DNA of 63,438 bases, filler included, from Choristocarpus tenellus KU-1152 (Eukaryota; Protista; Phaeophyceae), in assembly GCA_964200185.2 (NCBI GenBank). It is 13 parts of 13 records of this genome, joined end to end, with 100 filler letters (N's around TTAATTAATTAA, not from the genome) between each part and the next. Parts side by side here need not be neighbours in the genome. Positions count along the whole stretch, not along the records: positions 9,305 to 17,880 come from CAXNAD020004572.1; positions 17,981 to 22,271 come from CAXNAD020015258.1; positions 22,372 to 25,330 come from CAXNAD020023358.1; positions 25,431 to 29,081 come from CAXNAD020018731.1; positions 29,182 to 39,214 come from CAXNAD020003194.1; 8 more parts are not named here. One strand, given 5' to 3'. Every line of letters begins with the position of its first letter. The first letter of the stretch is position 1. Positions 13,996-29,499 of this stretch are shown in pieces. Under the pieces are notes generated by a model, which worked only from the letters and a program-made list of their open reading frames with translations, was not told the origin of the DNA and ran no database searches. The position numbers and the translations under genes were made by a program.

Positions 13996-14621
13996 CGGGG
14001 AATAGCCTTGTCGGGTTTCACTGCCATTGTTGACAATCCCACCGACGACTCCCAGGCCTGCCTCCTCTTTCCTGCTGTCACCTTTTCCTACGATAATTCT
14101 ACCAGGATCTGCTCTTCCGACCCACCCACCGATTCCTGCTCCTCCCCATCCACCCGGCAGACCAGAGACATATTTCGTGGAGATGAGCATGAAACATAAT
14201 GCTATCGATACTGTACCTTGCCGACCCTTCCACAAATCCACCCGCCATTGTTCCCGCTGGGAAAACATGTCGATAAGGCTTGGGTCTTTTGCCAGCACAT
14301 ATAAATTCCTCACACGCTGAGGGCCTGCGGTACCTACAGCAGTTAGGGTAGAAATGGCATGGTGAAGATGACATTGAGTTTGTATTCAAAACTACCTCTA
14401 TCACCCCGTAGTTCTGTATGTTCACCAGCGTGCGCTCTATAGCGCCACAGGTCAAAATGTCAATAAGTTACTGTTGTGACAATGTCGAACAATCAGTATT
14501 AACAAATGCTATGTTGGAGTGTTTACATGCTCATCAACTACTTATCCCTACCCCTGAAACACTGGACTACTGCAACTCTTTTGCAGCCCGACTGGGGGAG
14601 TGACGGGGTAGGTCTCACATT
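13996..14621. promoter_or_regulatory. Probable bidirectional promoter between CK2-beta and TrpRS
   Basis: Divergent genes with candidate ATGs at most ~630 bp apart, inside a CpG-rich stretch. Confidence 0.5.
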
Positions 14622-17659
<3,038 letters not shown>

Positions 17660-17980
17660 TAGGTGAAGTCGATGTGTGATTGCATCCTATAGGCCCAACA
17701 TGGGTAGTAAAGCCGGCTCTATGTATATAGGTGTGTTGGTGTGAAGTGTTAGAGTCGTGCCCTCCCCCCCTCCTCCCCTCCCCCTTAACCCTAACCACAA
17801 ATCTGTTATTCAGCCCCTTACTCCCTTGGGGCCTGAACAGACACGCATTCGGGGATCTTCTCCCCGTGGCCCCCTTCCCCNNNNNNNNNNNNNNNNNNNN
17901 NNNNNNNNNNNNNNNNNNNNNNNNTTAATTAATTAANNNNNNNNNNNNNNNNNNNNNNNNNNNNNNNNNNNNNNNNNNNN

Positions 17981-18188
17981 AGGAAGAAGGGCACTTTTCA
18001 CGACAATTTTTTTCGCGCGCGCCACTCTCGCGTGAATATATCTGGGGTTTTGTGCCAAATCGCCCGAATACGAGAATTCCGGTACAAACGTCTATTTTTT
18101 TGGGGGCATGTCGAAAAAAAGCGGTACAGAATTGAATATTTTGAATTTGGTTCATAATATTTGGCCCAAAATAGGGTAACCTACTGTA
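17981..18188. mobile_element. Possible Tc1/mariner-type terminal fragment
   Basis: CpG-rich segment ending ...GGGTAACCTACTG|TA, i.e. a CAGTAGG terminus plus TA target. The other end is off-contig. Confidence 0.3.
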
Positions 18189-18281
18189 TCTGGAAAATGT
18201 CCGAGTATGATAATATATATATATATTTCAATGGAATCTCTTCAAGAGACCAGTCCCACAGATGAGGGACTACTCTTCATC

Positions 18282-18451
18282 GACCCAAACTGGGAGGGGG
18301 GGGGGTGTCTACACTAGGGAGTCTATTTGGACCAAAATCAGGAAGAGTGCTAGTATCCATCCGACGTATGTAACCAAATCACTCCAAAATCGCGACATGA
18401 AAAGTTGATCCCAAATGGACAGCCGCTACCCCCTCCCAGATACTTTAAGCC
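18282..18451 (+). mobile_element. MITE family B (~170 bp, poly-G/poly-C subterminal)
   Basis: GACCCAAA..GGGG..TCTACACTAGGG...CGCGACATGAAA...CCAAATGGACAGCCGC...CCAGATACTTTAAGCC; flanks ATC/ATT. Confidence 0.85.
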
Positions 18452-18667
18452 ATTCAAAGATGTCAAACATCAAATATTCACTTTGTTCTCACGTCTTGAT
18501 ATTCTGATGATCATCCTCCCATGAGATTCTCATCACTCCACAGTTTTGCTCAAGTCTCACAGTCTTGTACTTGTCCAACCGTAATCTCGTCCTCTCGGTT
18601 ACAGTCTGTCTTGGTCCGTCTTGTCTGCCTTGCCTGGTGATTCTCTTCATCACCCTTCCTTGAGTGA

Positions 18668-19185
18668 GACTCAAAGTATTTAAGAGCGTAGGGCCGCGTC
18701 TGTTGGGGTCATTAAACCAATGTTGCGATTTTATTAATTTTGACCATCGTGTTTGTTAGCAAGTGTCAATATCCTTGCTCCAGACACACATTTCATAGTG
18801 AGTGAAAGTATCTTAGAGGGTACGAGTTTTACCCTGTTTGTCCGTTTGGGGCTTGGCTTCCCACGGGTTTCTTTGTGACATTTTATGTACTCCGAAAAAC
18901 ATTTCGGGGTAGGTAAAATGTATACATGAAAAGGTGTGGCTGGAAAAAGGTATTGACACTTCCTAACAAACACACGATAGCCAAAATTACATCAACATCG
19001 CAACATTGGATTTCAGTCCCCAAACGGACACGGCTGTACCCTCTGAGATACTTCGACTCAGTAGTATACATTTTAGGTAACTGTGTCAACACAGAAAACC
19101 GAAAAAGGGTATAAAAAACCTGTGGAAAGCCAAGCCCCAAACGGACAAACAGGGTAAACTCCTGCCCTCTAAAATTCTTTCGGTC
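18668..19185 (+). mobile_element. MITE family A, older copy interrupted by a nested copy
   Basis: TGA|GACTCAAAGTATTTAAGAG...CTCTAAAATTCTTTCGGTC|TGA with a perfect 3-bp TSD. Collinear with the 37209 copy once the insert is removed. Confidence 0.85.
18800..19059 (-). mobile_element. MITE family A, nested copy in opposite orientation
   Basis: AGT|GAGTGAAAGTATCTTAGAGGGTAC...GTACCCTCTGAGATACTTCGACTC|AGT; ~24-bp terminal inverted repeats and a 3-bp TSD. Confidence 0.9.
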
Positions 19186-20029
19186 TGAACCACGCCGCCA
19201 CAGAATCATACGATTCATAATACATGGATTATGTATAGGGGGTTCCACATAGATATCAAGGCGTTCCCAGGGGTGGAGGTTTGGCAAAAAACACCATCGT
19301 TTGTCTAGGGTGTCACAACTCTCGACCACCAACCTGTGACTTGAGATCTTTGTCCACGAGACTGGCAATTGTAAACGGAATCACGGGGTCGCCAACAGCA
19401 GATCAAATCTCTCACCTCCCTTCAGAGATAATATTTTTGTCATCTTTCTTCATGACACTCTCTAAGGGTCCCAGGGCTAAGACCCACGCTGTGGTCGATG
19501 TGAAGGAGAAAGCAATACCCGCTGCTTAGGACATGCAATTCAATCGTTGTATATAGACCAAAAAATAGGAAAAAGTGGAGCAAAAAAGAGAGTTTGAAAA
19601 AAAGGAGAATAACCAAGGGAGTGTATCTACGAGGATAGAAGGAAAGGTAATATACCAGATCGTTTGCAAAAAGCACAAACTCCCCACGAGACTAAAGTCA
19701 CACCTGATCTATCAAAGTCAAAAAATAATCTCGTTCACCACATGTCTGTAAATTTTGGGATATTCTGCTTTAGATCTTGATATTTTTTTTGTTTACGCTG
19801 TTAATTAAAATTGTATTTGTTTCTCAAAAAATTATTTTATCGTAATAAAATTTATTTGGCTAGTATTGAAACAACTTCTAAATCCTTAAAATAAATTTAA
19901 CTTCAAAAGTTATCTTTTTGTAGATAATTATTTGGAGTTCTAGGTCATTCGAAGGAAAATAAGGCGAAGGGGAAAAGGGAGGGGGACAAAAAGAATTCAA
20001 CCCAAATAGAGAAATACAGTGAGAAAGCA

Positions 20030-21050
20030 GCATTAATCACACAGTCACGGTGGTGTTTGTTGCTTGAGCTTCCTTAGCTGGTGCTTTAGCATCACGTACA
20101 CCAGACATCCCAGCTTCCTTTGGAATGGCATTCTGCCATGAAGGTTGTTGTGCAGGCAGCAACACACTCACTCGTATCAACATTTTTGGTTGGTTGTCCT
20201 CATGCTCCATCCCTCAAACGTGATCCCAAACTTCTCAAGGCCATCTCGTACGTGCATCCACCAATTCTTTTCCTGTCCACCTTGCTCGCGTTTTCGATCC
20301 TATTTCGCTCCCCAAACATAGACAAACTTTGGAAAATTTCCGTCCTCCATGGTGTCCCCCTAACCCTGCAAATAAAAATAAGTAGAGTTTATGTTTGTCA
20401 AGAGTCACCTTGATATGGTCTCACCTCAGTCTCTTCCTGAAAACACCTTTGTACAACAGTAGTGCATGATCAGTGTCTTCCTGCCTGTGAAATATGATGC
20501 AACAGGGAAGGAATTTGTGGTAACGGGAGAGACGTGCCATACACAGTGATGGAATTGGACGAGTGTCCATGGCATATAACCATATATAACGAAAGAACTT
20601 CAAGTACTTCAGCCGTGAGCATTTAGATCTTAAGCTCGAGCAATATGGCTGAGGTCTTGTCATAGAGCACTTGACTGTGTTCGCGGAATCAAATCCATGC
20701 CCTTTTGGGATTCTGCTGTTGTTCTGGACAGTGATAGCAGCTTTATCACTGATGATGGTGTACCTCCAAGGTGAACGAATCTGTTGGTATACTTGTAGTT
20801 CTGTCCCAGCACCTGATCTGCAATATGTCTACAGCCTTATTGGGAGAGCGAAGACACATGGACTCTGTCCTCAAGCCTAGCACAGTCAGATCAAACGACC
20901 TGGTCGCCTTCACAAGCACTATCATCATCCTAGCCAAACCTCCTTGGGTTTTAGATACAATGCCTGGGTCATCAGTGTAAATCATGCCCCACTGGAGCCG
21001 GTGAAGTGTCAACCCACTCCCTGATAGCTCCTTCCGTGCAAGAGGTAGCA
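20030..21050 (-). mobile_element. Degenerate RTE-type LINE (RT YADD region to 3' end)
   Basis: WGMIYTDDPGIVSKTQGGLARMMIVLV...DLTVLGLRTESMCL (YADD equivalent). The C-terminal ...VRDGLEKFGITFEGW... segment is frameshifted. Confidence 0.8.
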
Positions 21051-21543
21051 GTAATCATGAGACGGCCTCCAACAAATGGGCTCTATATAGAGATGCCATG
21101 TTGTTGATGTAGGCAGGTACATTAGCTGTGTCTTTGATTGGTACTTTTTTTTTAAATGATCATATCCTGGTGTGGGGATGATCATGCTTGCGCTAGATCC
21201 AACAGTTCAATCATACTGGGCACTGATTTGGATCTGTATAAAGTTTTGCACGTATTCATGGTTAACTTTATGTTGCTTTCGGGCAGTAACCTTTACGCAT
21301 GTATGGGTGTCAATTCTATTGCATCCAACTGTTCAGAATTTGTCTCATAGTAGTAGCATTGTACTTGAGTTCACACTCCATGCAAAATATCATAAATACA
21401 CCCACACACACACATAAATATTGAAGCACTGTCATTCCCTGATGACCTACATTCATAAATTTACTCCAAAGTGAAGTAAAAAAGGAAAAGGCCCACGTAC
21501 AACGCTCTCCACCACTCTCACTCGTTGCAACTGGACAGAAAAT

Positions 21544-22069
21544 TCACACCACTATTTCAACTGAGGGGGTAAGCTCACCCCCCCTACCATTTCCTTCACC
21601 TCCACTGCACACCCCTGAAGCACCCCTCGAAAGCAGCAGCAGTGCATTTTGTGCCTCTTCTGAGAGACAGTTCCCGGCCAAACTGATCCATTGCAAGGAT
21701 GGCGGAACTGTCCCAGCAGCCAGTACTGCTCGCAGGGCCTCTGCCCCAACATCCCCCACCCGGTTTCCAGCAAGACTGAGAGTCTCAATGGTAGAGCCAT
21801 CGCAACCCATCCAACCTGTTCCTCTTTGTGCAGTAACCACATCTGTATCACTGAAGTCCTCCACATCATGCTCCCCCTCTCGGCCCTTCCCTCGCAGCCC
21901 AGCTCTGCTCAGCGCAGTAGCAATGGCAACGACCCCTTTGTCACCGATGTTGTTCCGCCGGAGGTCGATATGCCTTACCCCTCCACCTGCTACAAGAGGG
22001 GCCACAGCCGTTGCGCCCACATCTCCCAGGCGTTTCCCATCCAAGTTGATGTGAGTGACAATCCCAGGC
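21544..22069 (-). CDS. Leucine-rich repeat (RI-like/NLRC3-like) protein, terminal exon
   Basis: Acceptor cctatag|. Repeats HINLDGKRLGDVGATAVA, HIDLRRNNIGDKGVVAIA, TLSLAGNRVGDVGAEAL and WISLAGNCLSEEA; stop at 21544. Confidence 0.8.
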
Positions 22070-23285
22070 CTATAGGTAGGATGGTGGGGATGGGTAGCAG
22101 TTCTAACGGTTCGATTACCAGTGTATGTATTTGAGATGTTTTGTGGTGGGCAAAAAGACCCAAAGTATCTGAGGGGGGGGGGGGGGGGGGGTTTAAAAAA
22201 GGGGATCCCTTGGGGGGGAAAGAAAAAAAAAAACGGGGGGAAAAAAAATGCCCCCCAAAAAAAAAAAAAAANNNNNNNNNNNNNNNNNNNNNNNNNNNNN
22301 NNNNNNNNNNNNNNNTTAATTAATTAANNNNNNNNNNNNNNNNNNNNNNNNNNNNNNNNNNNNNNNNNNNNAGGGGAAGAGGGGAGGGGGGGGGGGGGGG
22401 GGGGGGGGGGCAAAAAAAAACACAAAGTGTGCTGCAAGGGGAAATGCCCACAGATACAAGTTATTCTCTGCGTGGTACTCAACATAGACCCAGTGAAGGA
22501 GATTGCTACACCTCAGGGAAGGGAGCTTCAACATCAAGAAGAGGACAATCACAAAGTAAACATAACCAGTCAGGATGTTGATCAGCAGGGCCTTCATGCT
22601 ACACACTGTCATACTACACCATCATACCCTGTTTGTACCAGCTAAAAAGACAAAGATGAAGTTGAAGTTGATTAAAGTGAGCATCTCATCAACATGTACC
22701 TGTACCTTGACGTGATAGAGCCAGAGTTGTTGCGATATTGGCAACAATGTGCACCGCTGAAAGATAATAGTATCTGTGTCATTCCTCTCTCAATACTAAT
22801 CTTAAGAAAGGGAGAAGAGGGGTAGGAACACTTAGGCAAGGCCTGCTGTAGTGGGGGATTCACTGCGTTAAAGGCACAGATACTGCCATGGCATACACAG
22901 AGCAGAACCCTGCAACTACTTTCTTGAGTCGGGAACTTCTAAAGGAAACCTGTACACTGAAAACCGTGAATTGTAAACATACTTTGCACCTACATGATTC
23001 GCCGGATTCAAAAATCCAACAAACAACAGAGACAATCCGTCATCCATTTGAAAAAAATGAACATGATGCTGATGGCAAGGAAGGGGTGGGGGTAGGACAG
23101 TCTAATGGACCCACTCCATGAGGCACATCAGGGAAAAAAGAGGCACCACACAAAATTCAGAAAGAATGAATCTTCCCCTGAATAATCATAAACCACTCCT
23201 CATGTGCTTGAGATCATAGTCAATCACCCACAACACCCTCCCCCCCACCAACTTCCACCAAAAACCACAAAAACAACCACCTCAC

Positions 23286-23785
23286 TTCTTCTTGGCAAGT
23301 GCAGACGTCTCCTTGGCAATATTTTCCTTTTGGCGCAGGCTCTCCGCCTCGCGCTCCAGCCTTGCCTCTTTGGCCTCAAGACGTTGCTGTTCCCGTTTCC
23401 TCTTGGCCAAAAGCTGCTCCTCCGTCATCTCCTCCTCGGTCTTCATGGTCCTTTGCTTCTTCACTTTCTCTGGTGCACGCTCGCGCATGTACTCACCAGA
23501 AGCGGGCAGTTCAAAGCGAGCTTCGCGCTTTTGGGCCTGCTGGGCAGCCACCAGCTCGTCTCGCACGGTGCACTCGCGCAGGTGGCGGGCCTTGTCTCTC
23601 TCCGACATGCCGACAAACCTCGCTCTTTCCTTGTGACCAAGGGAATTCCAACGCTGTGACATCTCAGAGGCCCGGGCCCCCATGGGCATCCCTTCAAAGT
23701 CATCCTTGTGGTTGGAGTATTGATCACTAGTGAAGTATTGGTATGCTGAGGTCACGGGCTTTATTGGAGCATCCTCCAAATCCAT
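23286..23785 (-). CDS. HMG-box protein, first exon (possibly N-terminus of an ISWI/SNF2-type remodeller); rest off-contig
   Basis: APIKPVTSAYQYF...ASEMSQRWNSLGHKERARFVGMSERDKARH is an HMG box, followed by an E/K/R coiled coil. Donor AA|gtgag. Confidence 0.8.
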
Positions 23786-26700
23786 GGCCGAATCACGTCA
23801 CAAAGGCGAAAATTATGAGGCTTTGATCAAACTAGCTCACTGACACAAAGTATTTCCCACCAAGAGAGGGTCGAAGTATCCTGATGTTTGCAAGTGTTGG
23901 TGCGTAGTCACTGCAGCCAAAGCTCGCTCACCCTTCTACCTTCGGCTCTTCGCCTTGAGACCTTCCAAGTACATGGGGTATCAACAGGGATAATTTTTAC
24001 ATAGTTGCAACAGGATAAGAGAATGAATGGAGGGAGAGGAGGGGAACGGTAGCTGATTACACCATTAAGCATCAAACACCACGAAATCATTAAAGATTGT
24101 GTTTCGAGTACGATGATGCTCGCCATAGATGACGAGGGTCCATCTCTACTGAATATGGTTGTTTTCTTGTGATTTCAATTGCTTTCATGGCTTGGAAAGA
24201 TCACATACGGCACCTGAACCCACTTATTTCCCTCTAAACACAAAGAAACGAACATCAATGAACCTCTCAAAGACTACCTACTCGAGGGGGATATGATCTT
24301 CGTATGATGCGGGCGTGCAGTTAGTTGGGGAGGAATCGCATTTACAATGCAAACTACTATCATCCAGAAATCGTAACTCCTCTCCCCCCTTTCCCAAGTG
24401 CTCCCCAGGTGTCAAAACCCTGCGTGTTGAGGGGGTCGTGTCACACAAGACACGAAAAATACAAGACTAACCTGTTTCTTTGTCGCGTTCCAAGAGAATT
24501 AACTCCAATTCCCAAGAGGATCACAAAATTAGAGCTTCTTTCCAATGCTAAGTCCAGCAATTTCTACTGCATAGCTCCCATTCACTGCGTTTGGATTGCA
24601 GGGGTGTGAAGACACATCATATTGGGGGGAAATTTGCGGAGTTCGATTCAAACACCGCGCGCATTCTCTCGAGCTCGCAAGAAGAGGACTCTACACCAGT
24701 TTCCTCTTTTTTCCATGGTTTTAATCAGCCACTCCTTGCATCTCTTACTCACCTCACAATCAACCTCACTTACTAAACCACACTTACTAACTATAGGAGA
24801 TACCTACTGACCGATCATTACCTACCGCTCATTTGATGATTGCTGAGATCTTTCACATTCTGTAGCCACAACCATAGATATATGTTCAGGATACTATGAA
24901 TAGTATACTTCCTACCTTAGTAGTTCTTTTGATCACGTTAGTTGATGATGGCAAGGTATACTATGTCCACCATATACAACTTAGAAAAAATTCAAAAACC
25001 AACCATTCTCCACGAAGAATCACTATCGTTGTTATTAGTGTAATATTCGTATGGAACTGTTTATGTACAACATACGAAAGTTGGTATAACTACATATAGT
25101 AGACAAATCTTAGTATGATACTTTTAGAAGGAATGGAAACCCCCTTTTCATATTCTTCTATCGGAAATTTATGGTATAATATGTCATATTTGATAGACGA
25201 AAGAATAGCGTTACGCCAAAGTTGCAGCACAAAGATTGAAGGAAAGTTTCCTGGATGAGCTGGAGGGAGAGGAGCGGGAGGATATAGCAGGAAAGGATTA
25301 GTTAAATCCAGACTACGCCAAATTGTTTCGNNNNNNNNNNNNNNNNNNNNNNNNNNNNNNNNNNNNNNNNNNNNTTAATTAATTAANNNNNNNNNNNNNN
25401 NNNNNNNNNNNNNNNNNNNNNNNNNNNNNNCCCCCCTAGATACTTTGAGCCTGGCTCGTCAATAAATTTTCGCATGAAGGAAAAACCCCGCACAGTCAAC
25501 ACTGCAGTGTGTACAGCTGTTGTTCTAAGCACAATAAACCATTTGAGATCTTTGAATTGAGTTTCATTCTTTGCACTGCCACCATCATACTAAACAAAAT
25601 TAAATTAAATTGCGTCATACTGATGAAGGACTAACAAATAGTAAACAGGTAAACTGTTTCAATGCCATGGATAGCCAGTAGACTGGAGCTGGAGTAGAGA
25701 GAATATCTATCTTCATTGAAAACATAGCAAACATAAGACACTACCATTGCTACAACGTATTTCGCCAGTCACTGGCACATGCTTAGTAGTACACAAGTGA
25801 GTATGTATATGCTATGCGTAAAATGTATATACAAATGTGGTCCTACCTCTTCTCCCCTCTTCTCTTCTTCCCCCACCTCAGATTGGCCTTTCAAATAAGT
25901 CTAATCTCCCACCCTTCATTTCGTCCACCCCCTACACAACTTCCACTTCCAGCTCGTCCAGCCTCCATCCGACTGAAGTTGCTCCCTCTCCCCACTGCCC
26001 TTTCCTCATCCTTTTGTTTGGCCTTGGCAATCCTGACATCTACTGACTGTGCATTTCTTTGGTGGGTTGCCCTACCATCATCCTTGGCTGTGTAGTTCCC
26101 CCCAGTATCTCCACCCCCGCTCACGACCTTGACCACTGCACACTTCCCACCCTTCAGAAGTTGCATCCATAATTTGGCAATGATACTCAACTCCTTGACA
26201 TTAAGGGAGAGGCGTGTTGTTCTGAGGCCACGAGATAAGGCCTTCCCCCCATCCGTTAGTCAACAATCGAAACGTAGCAGGCTGGATGAATTGGCCAATG
26301 CACTTGTGTATGAGGAGAGTATACACGGAGAAAGCAGATGGTAGAAGCGAAGGAAGGATAGGTTGTGAGAAAGGGGATTTCAGGTGTATGGAGTGCAGTA
26401 TTGGAACGAAATGCCACAACAAATCATCCTTGATCATCGCAAAGCATATGCATTATTGGACTATGTCTACTTTCATATGGTATATGTACCCCCTGTCGAT
26501 TTCTCCACAATACAACAATCCTTAACTTTACCCGCACCAACATTACCGAACCACATCCCCACTGGCTGTAAAAATAATTTCACAATAGAAAATTATACTA
26601 TGAAGTGCGTCCAACATATGACAACAATGCAGCAATCAAAAGCATGGCCACTCTATAAAAGCAAAACGTATCTTGTTCATCAAATTCTGCTTATGTTAGT

Positions 26701-27058
26701 TTATGTTCGACTTAGCAGGATGTGTAACACTTCAAGTGACTGACTGCTGTACATGTGAAACCTGTGCAAAACCCAAACAATACCCAGCGGGATATTTCTG
26801 GATAAATAAGGGTCAGGTTTTGAAAACTATCTAGGTGGCACAAATATTGCTGAGCAGGTTTCGAGTTCAGGGCATTCGGATATCTTCACTGCAATCAGGT
26901 TGTCCAAAATCATCTCAAGAATTTTGACACTGTTCATAAATCAGTATTGAAACCATTACCCGATATTCTGCTGCTAAGTCCCTTCCTCCTCACAATTGTT
27001 AGTACTTGTAGATGTATTGAGGCTTCGTTCAGTAGCCATCGAAAAACTGTGTGGAAAA

Positions 27059-28090
27059 TCACAAGTGCCGATCAGCAGGAGAATACACAGCCTGTATTAT
27101 AAACGTATCGCCAGGGTTATAGGGTCCTAACAACCCAATTTCCGGAGCAAGACTTCATCACTGTCCCTAACTCTAAGTCACAAAATACACATGGGTGATT
27201 GGTCCAGCACAGAAGAGGTTCGATGTGTTCTCTCACCTCGTGATAGTCAGGAGGGAACTGCATGGCCTGTGCAGCATCATCATAGTAAGGGCGAGGTCGC
27301 ATGCCCTGTGCTACCTCATGATAGTCAGGGGGAGGTTGCATGTCCTTTGCCAACTCATGATAGTCAGGGGGGGGCTGCACTTCCTGTGCTGTTGTCACTG
27401 GAATAGACCACAGTAGCGGAGGAGATGAAGAATGGAGATGACTGCCAATAGCACCTGGTTGATATTGTGCATTACATACATGAAACGATAAGCTCAAGAT
27501 GGGGACAATGCAATGGAGATTCTCTATTTTTTGAGGGAGGTTGGGGAACAATATTTTGGTGAGGTTGTAACAGGATTACACCACACATTTATACTTTCAG
27601 ACAATGATACTAAGAATCATTCAGAATCCAGTAGTGGTATATTTGAAGCGGTGACGTGCTCCCAACCCCCCCCCCCAGCTAAATATGTTCTAGTTGAGAT
27701 ATAGAATGACTGTTAAAGAGAATTAGATGGTACGCCTTCCCCCACCAGAGAGCACTCCAAACAGTAGTATGGAAAAACAAAGAGTTGCATACATTACTGC
27801 AGCTGTATGTACACCTTGCTTACTCATTCCACCAGGTGACAGATGTGCTTCTATCCCCCTCTCCGATTTCTCACACTGCAGGCAACTGGTCAAGGCATTG
27901 CGTGCCGTTGGGAGGGGGAAGTAGAAGTGGCAGAGAACATCGAGGCAAGTTGGACGGACACCTCTACAGATTTTTTTTTTTTTAAATGAACGAACACAAA
28001 GAAAAAGTGCTCAGACTATAACGGAGGCACCTTCTTCCAGTCCACCATATTTTCCCATACACTTGGCATATTTTCTGTCTGAAACGGGAC
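27059..28090 (-). CDS. 3' part of an unknown gene with four 13-aa PPxY-type repeats. Candidate exons 28090-28031, 27875-27824, 27397-27237, 27091-27059
   Basis: Phase-consistent GT-AG splicing: VPFQTENMPSVWENMVDWKK/CEKSERGIEAHLSPGGM/MTTAQEVQPPPDYHE...QFPPDYHE/AVYSPADRHL*. Confidence 0.5.
27237..27392 (-). repeat. 39-bp coding minisatellite x4
   Basis: CTC(A/G)TGATAGTCAGG.GG.. recurs with a 39-bp period. Confidence 0.9.
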
Positions 28091-28695
28091 CTGTAGCTGT
28101 GTGGTTGTGATAGTACATCCGTATACATTCCACCTTTGAGGTGGGAAATCAGTTCAGCCAAGAGGTGGCTACTGTTTCCTGTAAAAGGAAAGAAATGGCT
28201 GAGGACATCTCACCCTTCCCTCATAATTCAACCCTCAAATGGTGAAACCGAAAAAATAAATGTACATAATTATGCTGATGGTATGGAACAATATGTTCAA
28301 GTGCCCGGTACTCTTGAGAGTGATCATTGGGTGAGACAGTTTTGATGGTGGGAGGGGGGGAGAGAATAAGTGATGTACTCTAAAGGGAACAATTACTGAT
28401 ATGCGCGCTCAGTCCTCAGCACTACAAAACACACGAGGTGGTAAAACGTAGTGGGATATATCCAAATCTGTACTGACAATAGACACACACACACACACAT
28501 ATATATATGTACTTCGTGGTGTTAGTGGAAGTAATCATAAGAATGATAATAACCTATTCGGATAAAACCAAAATTGAATATGAACGAATTGCAACAAAAT
28601 CACTCCAGTAAGTAGCATGGGTATACTTGAAGCAAAGGGGGACAACCATTTTGCGAAGAGGTTATGTGCAGTACAATGGAGCACTTTTCAGCATT

Positions 28696-28965
28696 GAACT
28701 AAAGTATCTGGGCGGGGGGGGCAGAGGTTTTTGTAAGGTTGTTAGGGAGACAAGGAAGGAAAAATATTAAAAGGTGCAAGGGGGGGGGGGGGGGGGGGGG
28801 GGGGGTCTACACTAGGGTGTCTATTTGGGCCATAACCAAGAAAAGCGCACTTTCATTATCCATCCGACGCATGGGATCAAATCACTCAAAAACCGCGACA
28901 TGAAAAAAATGACCCCAAATGGACAGTCGCCACCCCTCCTCCCCCCCCCCCAGATACTTTGAGCC
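28696..28965 (+). mobile_element. MITE family B with extra ~60-bp internal segment between G runs
   Basis: ATT|GAACTAAAGTATCTGGG...CCAGATACTTTGAGCC|ATT with a perfect 3-bp TSD. Confidence 0.8.
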
Positions 28966-29499
28966 ATTGTGCATCATAAAAAAAACAAAACATGGACACA
29001 AAACCAGGGAATCGAAAAGCAAAAGTGTTGACACCATTAAGAGAAGAAATCAAAATCCATGGTTGAGTGGTTGCAAGGGAGNNNNNNNNNNNNNNNNNNN
29101 NNNNNNNNNNNNNNNNNNNNNNNNNTTAATTAATTAANNNNNNNNNNNNNNNNNNNNNNNNNNNNNNNNNNNNNNNNNNNNTTTTTTCATTTGCCGACCC
29201 AGTGAAAATCCCTGAAAGTATCCGTATTGGAGGGGTACTCGACTCTCCAGTGTATACCATTGGGTGTAAAGCAAGGCAAGCACCCTGCCTCTCCCTTCCC
29301 TTAAACTTGTAGTGCAATATATATATTTATTGGACATTGTTGAGGGGATGATTGGACCAGAATATGTTTTGGTTTTCTGACAGGGCCCTGGCCTGCAATG
29401 CCTTAATTTGTAATCTACAATCTCTTGTTGACCACTCTGAAGGTTAAAGTTACACACAGACCCCAGGCAAATGTGTTAAGTATGTTTAGCTCAATCATC

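Noticed and set aside
17783-17797. Telomere-like CCCTAA (also 61160-61174)
   Set aside because: Only about two units and internal, so not a telomere.
23286-23785. HMG-box gene as the brown-algal male sex determinant
   Set aside because: No specific evidence. The box looks like a generic HMGB-type followed by a long coiled coil.
28135-28179. Candidate exon with in-frame TGA (selenocysteine)
   Set aside because: Exon boundaries are ambiguous, there is no redox motif, and no SECIS was identified.
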